64,000 nucleotides of DNA from Peptococcaceae bacterium (GTDB lineage: Bacteria; Bacillota; Desulfitobacteriia; Desulfitobacteriales; Syntrophobotulaceae), in NCBI GenBank assembly GCA_012517475.1, contig JAAYUV010000077.1, positions 3,800 through 67,799 of the forward strand, in the 5' to 3' direction. Shown here piece after piece: positions 9,657-18,735 of the stretch. Both the position numbers and the translations under genes were made by a program. The stretch's first letter is position 1. Each line of letters begins with the position of its first letter. The notes below the pieces were generated by a model. It was given only the letters and a program-made list of their open reading frames with translations. It had not been told where the DNA came from and did no database searches.

Positions 9657-10822
9657 TGGTGGCCTCCGTACAGCAGTTTAAATGGGAAAGCATTTTGAAC
9701 AGAGGCGAATATGTAGACTTCGATCTCAAAAGCCTAAAGCAAAATTTTCTTGCCGCTCAAGCAGGGGACAAGGTCATTTGCTACAAAGGCGGGGACAATG
9801 ACCGTGGAATTGTCGGCATTGCCGAAATCGCCCAGCCATATGACGGAAATCACCTTCGAGTTAAAGGCCTGCGCCAATTCAGCAGCACGATTCCTTTTGA
9901 TCATTTGAAGGAATCGGATGTCTATCAAAACAGCCAAGCCGGTCGCATGAATAACAGGGGAACTATGTTTACGGTGGATTATGAGTTTTCCCAGTGGTTG
10001 AAAGATTATTTGCTGGAAGCCGGTGATCAAGAAGCGGCCGGTTTAATTGATGATGTCACTGCCAGCAATAATTTGGAAATCTGTACTTTCCATCCTTCCT
10101 ATAACTATGAAGATTTCATAGAAGGCTATAAACCGATGCCTGGCCCTAACGGTCAGGTCACCTTTAAGTTGGAATCCGGCTTTTTTGCCAGAATCTGCGC
10201 CAAAGCGCAGGAACAAGAGGACAAAGGGGTTCCTTATTTCGTGATTATCGATGAAATTAACCGTGGCAATGTGCCCAAGATCTTTGGAGAAATTATCACT
10301 CTTCTAGAAAAAGACAAGCGGGGAATGGAAGTAATTTTGCCTCAGAGCAAACAGCCTTTCAGTATACCTCCCAACCTCTATTTAATTGGCACGATGAACA
10401 CGTCCGACCGCAGTATCAAAATGATGGATGCGGCCTTGAAAAGAAGGTTCGTTTTTATCGAATGCATGCCTCAAACGGTGCTGATAGATAAAAATATCGA
10501 CAGGATAGGGCTCAGCCCAGGGGCCATTCTCCGGCAGCTGAATGCCAAGCTTACTACCATGGTAGGCAGGGACAAGCAGATAGGCCATGCTTACTTTATG
10601 CGAAACGGGGCGCAAATTACCACGGCCGACGAGCTTAAAGAAATTTATGAACTGGAAATCATACCGCTCGTGCAGGAATATTGTTTTGACGATTACCAGC
10701 AGTTAGCCGAGATCATTGGACAAAATTTCGTGGATGTACAAAACATGACCATTCAGTGGGAAATTTTTACCGGACCTGAGGACATCTTTATCTCCGAAAT
10801 AACCAAACATTTTAATAGTTAA
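9632..10822 (+). CDS. mcrB: McrB-family AAA+ GTPase, 3' part in the -1 frame (EVE/PUA-like insert plus the rest of the AAA+ core)
   Basis: RLWLMVAS...AQAGDKVICYKGG..GIVGIAEIA (EVE-like), then CTFHPSYNYEDFIEGY, Walker B YFVIIDEINRGN, LIGTMNTSDRS and ALKRRF. There is no Walker A of its own. An ATG at 9656 overlaps the upstream TGA. Confidence 0.75.
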   Translation, partial: KKALRLWLMVASVQQFKWESILNRGEYVDFDLKSLKQNFLAAQAGDKVICYKGGDNDRGIVGIAEIAQPYDGNHLRVKGLRQFSSTIPFDHLKESDVYQNSQAGRMNNRGTMFTVDYEFSQWLKDYLLEAGDQEAAGLIDDVTASNNLEICTFHPSYNYEDFIEGYKPMPGPNGQVTFKLESGFFARICAKAQEQEDKGVPYFVIIDEINRGNVPKIFGEIITLLEKDKRGMEVILPQSKQPFSIPPNLYLIGTMNTSDRSIKMMDAALKRRFVFIECMPQTVLIDKNIDRIGLSPGAILRQLNAKLTTMVGRDKQIGHAYFMRNGAQITTADELKEIYELEIIPLVQEYCFDDYQQLAEIIGQNFVDVQNMTIQWEIFTGPEDIFISEITKHFNS

Positions 10823-10826
10823 CTTC

Positions 10827-12104
10827 ATGAAAAAAACCATTATCTTAAGCGAATATAATACGGAACTTATTGAAGGATACTGCTTAAAAAGCGAAGAAGA
10901 AAAAGATTATTTAAGCCGTATGGCTTATGAACAGACAAACAACAGGCGCGAGCAGCGTTTCTACTTCGATGAATTAACCACTGGCTTACGGATTCAGACC
11001 TTAAGCTGGGTAGGGGTTATTGAACTGAAAGAGATCCGGATTATTATCCAGCCCAAATTCAACAACGGCTTTCAGGACCTCATCGATGTTATTTGTTTTA
11101 TCAATGAAGTTCCTTTTTGCCGCTGGCATGATAGCCTGACGGAGCTGGCCAAATCGGATTTCATGGAATTATTCTGCCGACTTTTCCTGCAGGAACTGGA
11201 GAAACTCTGGCAGAAAGGCCTTTACAAAGAGTATATCAGCGAAGAAGATAACCTCAGGCAGTTGCGGGGCAGGCCGGACCTGGTCCATAACCTGCAGTAT
11301 AACCATACCAAGCCCACCCGGATCTATTGCCGCTATGATGAACTGGTGACGGATATTGTCGATAACCAAATTATTCGCTTGGCCCTGGAAATTGTCGCTC
11401 GTTTCCGACTCAGCCCCGAGACCGAAAGAAAACTAAGCCGCTATCGTACGGAATTTGCATTGGTATGCGATAGCTACCTGGGAGAGGATTGGCCTCAGTT
11501 TTTCTATCACCGTCTTAACGCCCATTATGAACTGGCTCATAAACTCAGCTATTACCTGGTCAAGCAAAGATCCCACAAGAATATTTACTGTTTCCAGGAC
11601 CAGGCGTTCGCTTCCTTCTTATTCGATATGAATGATATCTTTGAAAGCTTTGTGGCCACCTTGCTGAAACGGTATCTGCCGTCATGGTACCGGGTTGAAA
11701 GCCAGAAACGTGTCACCACGGCAATTTGCCAAGATGGAGCCAGTTACCGGCATATCATTCCCGACTTGATCGTTACTGATAAAAAGAGTGGCCATCAGCT
11801 TGTGCTGGATACCAAATACAAAAACTATAACCGCAAACCCGTAGCGACCGAGGATATTTTTCAGCTTGCTTTCTACGCCCAATGCTTTTCCCAGCCGGAG
11901 GAAGGTTATCATCAATCTGTTCTGCTTTATCCACGTTATTGGGGCGAAGTACCCGGAAATGCAAGGATAGATTTATTGCCGGGAAATCTTCATGGCGGAT
12001 ATCTTCGCTTGCGGGATATATCGGTTGAAGAGACGCTGGATTTGATAAGAGGTGGTAATAAAGATAGGCTAAAAGAGACAGCCTTTCATTTGGTTTGTAC
12101 ATAA
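10827..12104 (+). CDS. mcrC: McrC nuclease subunit of McrBC
   Basis: 425 aa, 4 nt after mcrB. C-terminal PD-(D/E)xK: IIPDLIV...QLVLDTKYKNY. Confidence 0.8.
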   Translation: MKKTIILSEYNTELIEGYCLKSEEEKDYLSRMAYEQTNNRREQRFYFDELTTGLRIQTLSWVGVIELKEIRIIIQPKFNNGFQDLIDVICFINEVPFCRWHDSLTELAKSDFMELFCRLFLQELEKLWQKGLYKEYISEEDNLRQLRGRPDLVHNLQYNHTKPTRIYCRYDELVTDIVDNQIIRLALEIVARFRLSPETERKLSRYRTEFALVCDSYLGEDWPQFFYHRLNAHYELAHKLSYYLVKQRSHKNIYCFQDQAFASFLFDMNDIFESFVATLLKRYLPSWYRVESQKRVTTAICQDGASYRHIIPDLIVTDKKSGHQLVLDTKYKNYNRKPVATEDIFQLAFYAQCFSQPEEGYHQSVLLYPRYWGEVPGNARIDLLPGNLHGGYLRLRDISVEETLDLIRGGNKDRLKETAFHLVCT

Positions 12105-12146
12105 TAAATCCTTCTCGATATTAATTAGAGGAGAGCGCTATATTAG

Positions 12147-13670
12147 TATAGAAGTATTTATGGAGGTAATTCCCAGAAACTATGTACGTTTCGAAAGGGG
12201 GGACCAAAAATATTTAGCGAAGCCAGAGAAGCCTCAAACCCAGAAAGACTGGTAACCGCAGCAGAAATAAGCAAAAAATTTAAAGCCAATATTCGGGCAA
12301 AAGAAAAAATATTTATATGCCCCGACTGTTGTGAATATGTCAGTTTTGTCTACAGTACAGCTATAAGTTCTCACTTTCGGCACGAAAATTCAGATGGGTC
12401 AAGAATTTGCGAGATCTATCAGCGTAAAACAACCGGCAATCAGCCTTATTCTCCTTATGAAAGGGCAGGCTTACCTCTTTATTTATTAAGAAGGGGAGAT
12501 TGCTTTAGTCTGAATATTGGCTTTTTTCCCATAGAACAGCAGGCTTTGACGGATGCCGCCGTTGTCGGATTAAGGTTTTCCTTATTTACACAAGACAATA
12601 TTAAACTGACGACAAAGTATATTAACGCAGAATCATTTTCCAGCCAGACAACGGTTCTTTTACAATTGACTAATATAAGTAAGGAATACCGCCTGCAATT
12701 TAGCCACCAGGCAATTCCAAGGGAAATAGATGAAAAATGGAACAATCCCATAGAGGGTTTTGACGAGGCAGGGGCTTTTTTTCAATTTCATGAGCAGGGC
12801 GGAGTTAAAATAAAAAATGGCGGATCAATTGAGGTGAATAATGATTATTATTTGCTTTCACAAGATGATCCCCGGCAGTCTTTGGATGACAGTCTGGTAG
12901 AAAAAGTTGGAGAAATTATTTTTACTACGGATTATTGGACTAAGTTTGTTTTCAATGTTTACCGGATAAAGATTAACAGTATCACTAAACTCAACCAAAA
13001 ATTTTGTTTGGAACGGAGAGTATTGCTGGTCTCAGGCTCTTCCAAAATCAATCCTCTGTGGCCGCCTTGCAATAAACAAGAGCAATTCTATATTTATGAT
13101 CAAAAGAGAGAGCATAAGCAAACCGTCTTTTTCCTTTTAAAAGCACCTGTAACAACTGGGTCAGAACATCACGTTCTTACTTATCCTAACCGAAATATCA
13201 GAATAATGTATGAAAAACGCCGCAAATCTTTAGGCAATAAACGAAATGACATTCCTGTCCAATATATTGCGGAAATCACCAAAATCTATGGCGATTTTAC
13301 GGAAAATGAAATCAGTAAGATCTTCCGCAATGAGGAGTTCGGCTACGCCAAAATCGTTGTAGAGCGACCAATGGTCGATGAGAATGGTCAGCCTGTTCTG
13401 AAGAAAGGTCAGGTCCAGCCGGACAGCAACCTGAGGGATACCGAGAATGTGCCACTGACAGAAGATATCGACAGTTACTTTGCCCGCGAAGTATTGCCTT
13501 TTGCTCCGGATGCCTGGATTGATAAGAGTAAGACGAAGATCGGCTATGAAATTCCGCTTACCCGCTATTTTTACAAATATATACCTCCGCAACCTGCCAG
13601 AGATATTATGGCGGAGATTCTGGAAATTGAGAAGGAGCTTGATGGGGCTTTAAAGGCGGTGTTTGAGTGA
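12147..13670 (+). pseudogene. chimeric ORF: foreign Zn-finger (CoiA-like CPxC...HFRH) N-terminal fragment fused to the last ~150 codons of hsdM
   Basis: The open frame starts at 12147 with no in-frame ATG/GTG/TTG before 12546. N-part: FICPDCCEYVSFVYSTAISSHFRHENSDGSRICE. From ~13220, KSLGNKRNDI..ITKIYGDF..FGYAKIVVERP..KIGYEIPLTRYFYKYIPP is the HsdM C-terminus. No SAM-binding or NPPF motif is present. Confidence 0.6.
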
Positions 13671-14815
13671 TGGCCAGAAAAATGAAGAACAGCGGGATTG
13701 AGTGGATAAAACAAGTTCCAATAGAATGGAAAACCTTAAGAGGCAAAAATATATTAAATTTAATGAATAGACCTTTTTCTGCTGGAGACGGTGTTATTAC
13801 ATGTTTTCGGGATGGAGAGGTTACCTTGCGAAGCAACCGAAGAGAAGATGGTTATACCTTTTCCGATAAAGAAATTGGTTATCAGGGTATAAAATATGGT
13901 GATTTGGTCATTCATGGTATGGATGGTTTTGCAGGTGCTATCGGTATTTCCGACTCTGATGGGAAAGGTTCTCCGGTCTTAATTGTTTGTACACCAAAAG
14001 GAAATATATACTTGAAATACATAATGTATTATCTAAGAATGTTATCTTCTCAAAATGTTTTTACTGCATTGGCAACAGGAATTAGGGAACGTTCTTGTGA
14101 TCTGAGATGGAATAAAATTGCAAACTTGCTTTTCCCTGTTCCTTCAACACAAGAACAACTAGCTATAGTTGATTACCTCGACCGAAAATGCAGCCAAATT
14201 GATGACAACATAGAAAAACAAAAAACAGTTATTGAAAAACTACTACTCTATAAACAATCCGTAATCACTGAAACTGTAACAATGGGAATTGATAAAAAAA
14301 TTGATAATAATTGGCGGGAAGAGAAATTAGGGAAGATAGCGTTATATAAAAAAGGTCCTTTTGGTAGTGATATAACTATTTCAATGTTTGTTCCAAAATC
14401 GCAAGGATCTATTAAGGTGTACGAGCAAAAAAATGCTATTTACAAAGATGCTACGTTAGGCGAATCTTATATTAACATGGAAACATTTCATAGATTGAAG
14501 TCGTTTGAGGTTTTCCCAGGTGATATAATTGTAAGCTGTGCTGGTACAATTGGAGAATGTTTTATTTTGCCTGACAATATGGAAAAAGGAATAATTAACC
14601 AGGCTTTAATGAAGATTAGCTTAAATACTGATATGAATAAGTCGTTCTTTTTATATTTATTTGATGTAATTTTAAAAGAATTATCTGCAAGGTATAGCAA
14701 TGGGAGTGCTATGAAAAATATTCCTTCTTTCGAAATTCTTAAAAAGCATAAAATACGAGTGCCAAATATTAAGAGACAAGATGAAATAGTGGAATATCTT
14801 AATAATAAAAGATAA
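13667..14815 (+). CDS. hsdS: type I restriction-modification specificity subunit HsdS (3' end frameshifted)
   Basis: Two target-recognition domains flank the central helix LFPVPSTQEQLAIVDYLDRKCSQIDDNIEKQK. The distal conserved helix (KLIEKLEEYK, then VTGKREVM*) lies after the stop in two other frames up to 14913. Confidence 0.75.
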   Translation: MMARKMKNSGIEWIKQVPIEWKTLRGKNILNLMNRPFSAGDGVITCFRDGEVTLRSNRREDGYTFSDKEIGYQGIKYGDLVIHGMDGFAGAIGISDSDGKGSPVLIVCTPKGNIYLKYIMYYLRMLSSQNVFTALATGIRERSCDLRWNKIANLLFPVPSTQEQLAIVDYLDRKCSQIDDNIEKQKTVIEKLLLYKQSVITETVTMGIDKKIDNNWREEKLGKIALYKKGPFGSDITISMFVPKSQGSIKVYEQKNAIYKDATLGESYINMETFHRLKSFEVFPGDIIVSCAGTIGECFILPDNMEKGIINQALMKISLNTDMNKSFFLYLFDVILKELSARYSNGSAMKNIPSFEILKKHKIRVPNIKRQDEIVEYLNNKR

Positions 14816-14913
14816 AAGTTTTAAAATTAATAGTGTTATTAATGGCAAACTAAAACTCATTGAAAAGCTTGAAGAATATAAAATGCGTTACCGGTAAAAG
14901 GGAGGTCATGTAA

Positions 14914-17507
14914 ATGCCTGATTTTGACTACAAAGAAAAAAAGCTGGAAGAAGCGATAGAATATTACCTTACAACCGAAGGTGGCTATGTCAAGGGCAGA
15001 GAGGATTATTACAATAAAGAACTTGCCTTAAGTATTGATAATCTTCTGACCTTCATTAAAAATACCCAGCCCAAGGAATGGGAGCGTTATGAGACCATAT
15101 ATCGGTACAACAGCGGGCAGGCTTTTGTGGAACGCTTTTGCAAAGAGGTACGTCAGGTTGGTATCATTCAAGTCTTACGGAAAGGGATTACGGGAGGACA
15201 ATTATTCCATAGCTTATCTCTGGGAAAATGTCTTACATAAAGATTCCCTGATGGAAATTTTGCAAAAGTTTGTCCATCTGGAGAAGAAAACTACTAAGGA
15301 TATAACGGGCAAGAAAAATGTAAAGAAAAACATCATCTTTCCCCGTTATCACCAGTTGGATGTTGTCCGTGAACTGTTGGCCGACGTCAAAGCTAACGGT
15401 GCGGGCCGTAATTATCTGGTCCAACACAGTGCCGGGAGCAGCAAATCCAACTCCATCGCCTGGCTGGCCCATCGACTTTCCGGTCTTCATAATCACCGGG
15501 ATGAAAAGATCTTCAAATCCGTAATCGTAGTTACCGACCGCAAGGTCCTGGACAACCAGCTGCAAGACACCATTTATCAGTTTGATCATAAGCTCGGCGT
15601 AGTGGAGAAAATCGATAAGGACTCCGCCCAGTTAAAAGACGCCATCAATTCCGGCAAAGCCATTATTATCACCACCTTGCAAAAATTCCCCGTTATTTAT
15701 CAAGAAATTAGCAGCGGGCACAACAATTTTGCCATTATCGTGGACGAGGCCCATTCTTCCCAAACCGGTGAAGCTGCTAAAAAGCTAAAGAAAGCTCTGG
15801 CTGATACCGATTGCATCCTGGAGGAATACGCCCGGATGGAAAACAAGGAAGAGGCGGAAAGAAAAGATGACGAGGATAAACTGCTGAATGAACTGGCCAC
15901 TCAGGGCCAGCATAAAAACCTGTCCTTCTTTGCTTTCACAGCGACCCCTAAGGAAAAAACGCTGCAGATGTTCGGAGAGAAGCAGCCTGACGGCAAATTC
16001 AAGGCTTTTCATATTTACTCCATGCAGCAGGCCATTGAAGAGGGCTTTATTCTTGATGTCCTTAAATACTATACTACCTATAACCACTATTTTGAGATCA
16101 TCAAAAAAGTGGAGGATGACCCAGAACTGGATAGTTCCCGGGGAACCAGCGCCATCCGTAGATTTGAATCTCTTCACCCTCATAATCTTGCCCAGAAAAC
16201 CGTGATCATGGTGGAACATTTCCGTTCCATTACCAAGCACAAAATCGGGGGCAATGCTAAGGCCATGGTAGTTACCGCCTCCCGCTTGCATGCCGTAAGA
16301 TACTTGCAGGAATTCAAACGCTATATCCAGGAGAAAAAATACGATGACCTCGATGTCCTGGTGGCCTTCTCCGGCACAGTTCAGGATGAGGGAATGGAAT
16401 ACACGGAAGAAAAACTGAATAAAAATTCCGAAGGCAAGACCATTAAAGAAAAACAGCTGCCCGAGTATTTCAAATCAGACGAATTCAACATGCTGATCGT
16501 GGCGGAAAAATACCAAACCGGATTTGATGAGCCGCTGCTGCACACCATGTTTGTGGATAAAAAATTATCTGGGGTAAAAGCGGTCCAGACCCTTTCCCGT
16601 TTGAATCGGACGATGCCGGGTAAGGAAAACACCTTTGTCTTAGATTTCGTTAATTCAGCGGACGAGATCAAAGCGGCTTTCGAACCATATTATCAAGCAA
16701 CCATATTATCAAGCAACCATTTTATCAGAAGAAGCCAGTCCCAACATTATTTACGACATTAAAAACACCTTGGACCAGTATCATCTATGGCAGCAATCGG
16801 AGATTGAACTGTTTGCCCAAATTTATTATCAGTCTAAGCAGGATATGCCTGATCTCGGCAGACTGGCCTCCTCCTTGCAGCCGGCGCTGGATCGGTTTGC
16901 TGCGAAAGAACCTAGAGAACAGGATGAAATCAAAACTGGACTGGCTCGGTTTATCCGGCTCTATGCCTTTATTACCCAAGTCTGCAGGATGTTTGATCGG
17001 GACATTCATAAATTCAGCGTGTATGCCAAGCTTCTGCTGAAGCTGATACCCAAGGGTAAATTTGAGAAGATCAATGTTGATAACAAGGTCTTACTTGCTA
17101 AATATAAATTAGAGAAGGACTTCGAAGGAATTATTAGGGTTGCGGAGAGTCCGGAATTAGGTCCGATCAAAGGAACAGTCGGCGGTAAGGAAAAGAAAAA
17201 AGAGCATTTATCTGTAATTATTGACCGGATCAACGAACGCTTCGGGACAAACTTTACGGAAATGGACAAGGTTTTGGCGCAAATTACAGAAGATTTTATG
17301 GCCGACGAACTCATGGTCGATATAGCAAAAAATAATCCGCAGGCTACTTTTGAGAGGATTTTCGAACAGCAGTTCAAAGATTTCGCAGCTATCCGCTATG
17401 AACAAAATGAAGAATTTTTCATCCGTATGTTTAAAGATGAGGAGTTTATGAGCGAGGTTATTAAACTTATGCTGCCCGAGGTCTATCGCAGGCTGCGCAA
17501 AAAGTAG
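14914..17507 (+). pseudogene. hsdR: type I restriction enzyme R subunit HsdR, broken into three ORFs (14914..15240, 15089..16762, 16770..17507)
   Basis: Helicase motifs: QHSAGSSKSNS, IIVDEAHSSQ, FTATP and QTGFDEP. The nuclease-domain region between LRKGI and YSIAYLWENVL is missing (~15190-15200). A 16-bp tandem duplication at 16685-16716 shifts the frame. Confidence 0.85.
16685..16716 (+). repeat. perfect 16-bp tandem duplication (CCATATTATCAAGCAA x2) inside hsdR
   Basis: Read directly. Removing one copy restores FEPYYQATILSEEASPNIIYDIKNTLDQYHLWQQ in one frame. Confidence 0.95.
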
Positions 17508-17551
17508 CCATGCTATTTTTGCAATAGGGTTGTTGTTGGGGGATTATAATC

Positions 17552-17600
17552 TTGCTAAAAATGTTCTATTGGTATAAAATGTTAATAGAACATATGTTTG
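17552..17600 (+). promoter_or_regulatory. sigmaA-type promoter with a Cheo-type LexA (SOS) box
   Basis: TTGCTA (-35) and GGTATAAAAT (-10 region), then AGAACATATGTTTG at 17587-17600 (GAAC-N4-GTTT, one mismatch). There is also a 10-bp inverted repeat, ATGTTCTATT/AATAGAACAT. Confidence 0.5.
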
Positions 17601-17662
17601 CACAAACCAAGTTAAGCTGATGTATTACTGAGAAAAATGTGAGTTTGAACGGAGGTCTTCCA

Positions 17663-18735
17663 ATGGCTGGTAAGTTTAAATGGCACAAGTTTTCTGACGT
17701 AAATTTAAGTGACGCTTTCTTTGATTCACTCAAAGAAGATTATGAAGAATTCCCAGTTTGGTTTAACAAAAAAAGCGTAGAGGGAGAATATGCCCTTGTC
17801 TTTCATGATGAAGAAGGGATAGGCGCTTTTATCTATCTGAAAAAAGAAAATGAACCAATTGCGTTATCTGACAAGACGTTACCGGCTGTCCCGCGTGTAA
17901 AGATCGGTACTTTCCGGTTAGCTGAACGGTATAGGGGTTTACGGCTTGGAGAAGGAGCTTTAGGTGTTTCTTTGTGGAAATGGCGTGATGACAAAGATGA
18001 GGAGATCTATGTCACAGTATTTGAAAAACATCACGAACTGGTCAGTCTTTTTCAGAGATTCGGGTTTATCTGTGTTGGAGTCAATCGTCGTGGCGAATGT
18101 GTCTATTTAAGAAGCCGTACAAAGATTGATTTTCGTGACCCTTATAAATCTTTCCCCTTTATCCGTCCTAATTTTAGGAAAGCAGGATTGCTTCCGATCT
18201 TGAAAGGTTTCATGATCGGCTATTTCCATACTCTGAGCTAAAAATCAAAAAGCGCGAAATAGAAGAGGAAACAGCTGGCAACGGAATTACTAAGGTTTAC
18301 ATAGCTACTCCTTATACAGCTATGCATTACGAGACCGGTGAACCCGTTGGAATTTATCGCATATATGAGGGGGAAACAGGGAAAACCTACAGGTCGGTTG
18401 TAACATCTTACTGTACGATAACCAAGATCGAGGTCATAAAAAACAATGGTAAAGTTGCAATGAGCTTCGCTGATTTTATAAGAAACGCCGGAAATAAAAC
18501 AGTATTTAATTCCGATGAACTATCGGCGATATATACACAAGACAATGTTGTCATGCTTGAATTAGTATATAACGGTTTTTTTGGCAAGGGGCACAATGTA
18601 ATTCACAAGGACTTAAAAGAGCAGGGACTGTTTACTTCACATCCTTATAAGTTGGATTTCACGATGGATCAGTTTATAAGAATACTGGAAATGGGTGGCG
18701 TAGATGTGCAAAATGTTATTATCAATCAATCCTGA
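17663..18735 (+). pseudogene. GNAT-like N-acetyltransferase-family protein split by a frameshift near 18200 (ORFs 17639..18241 and 18322..18735)
   Basis: Frame A ends ...KAGLLPILKGFMIGYFHTLS*. Frame B, open from 18178, reads ERFHDRLFPYSELKIKKREIEEETAGNGITKVYIATPYTAMHYETGEPVG and runs into the second ORF. The GNAT-like core is RLAERYRGLRLGEGAL..FQRFGF. Confidence 0.5.

Noticed and set aside
9656-10822. Reading the McrB 3' part as an independent gene starting at the ATG of the TGATG overlap.
   Set aside because: That product would have an EVE module lacking its first strand (RLWLMVAS begins upstream of the ATG). It would also have an AAA+ domain without Walker A. The fused reading through the A7 tract gives a coherent McrB.
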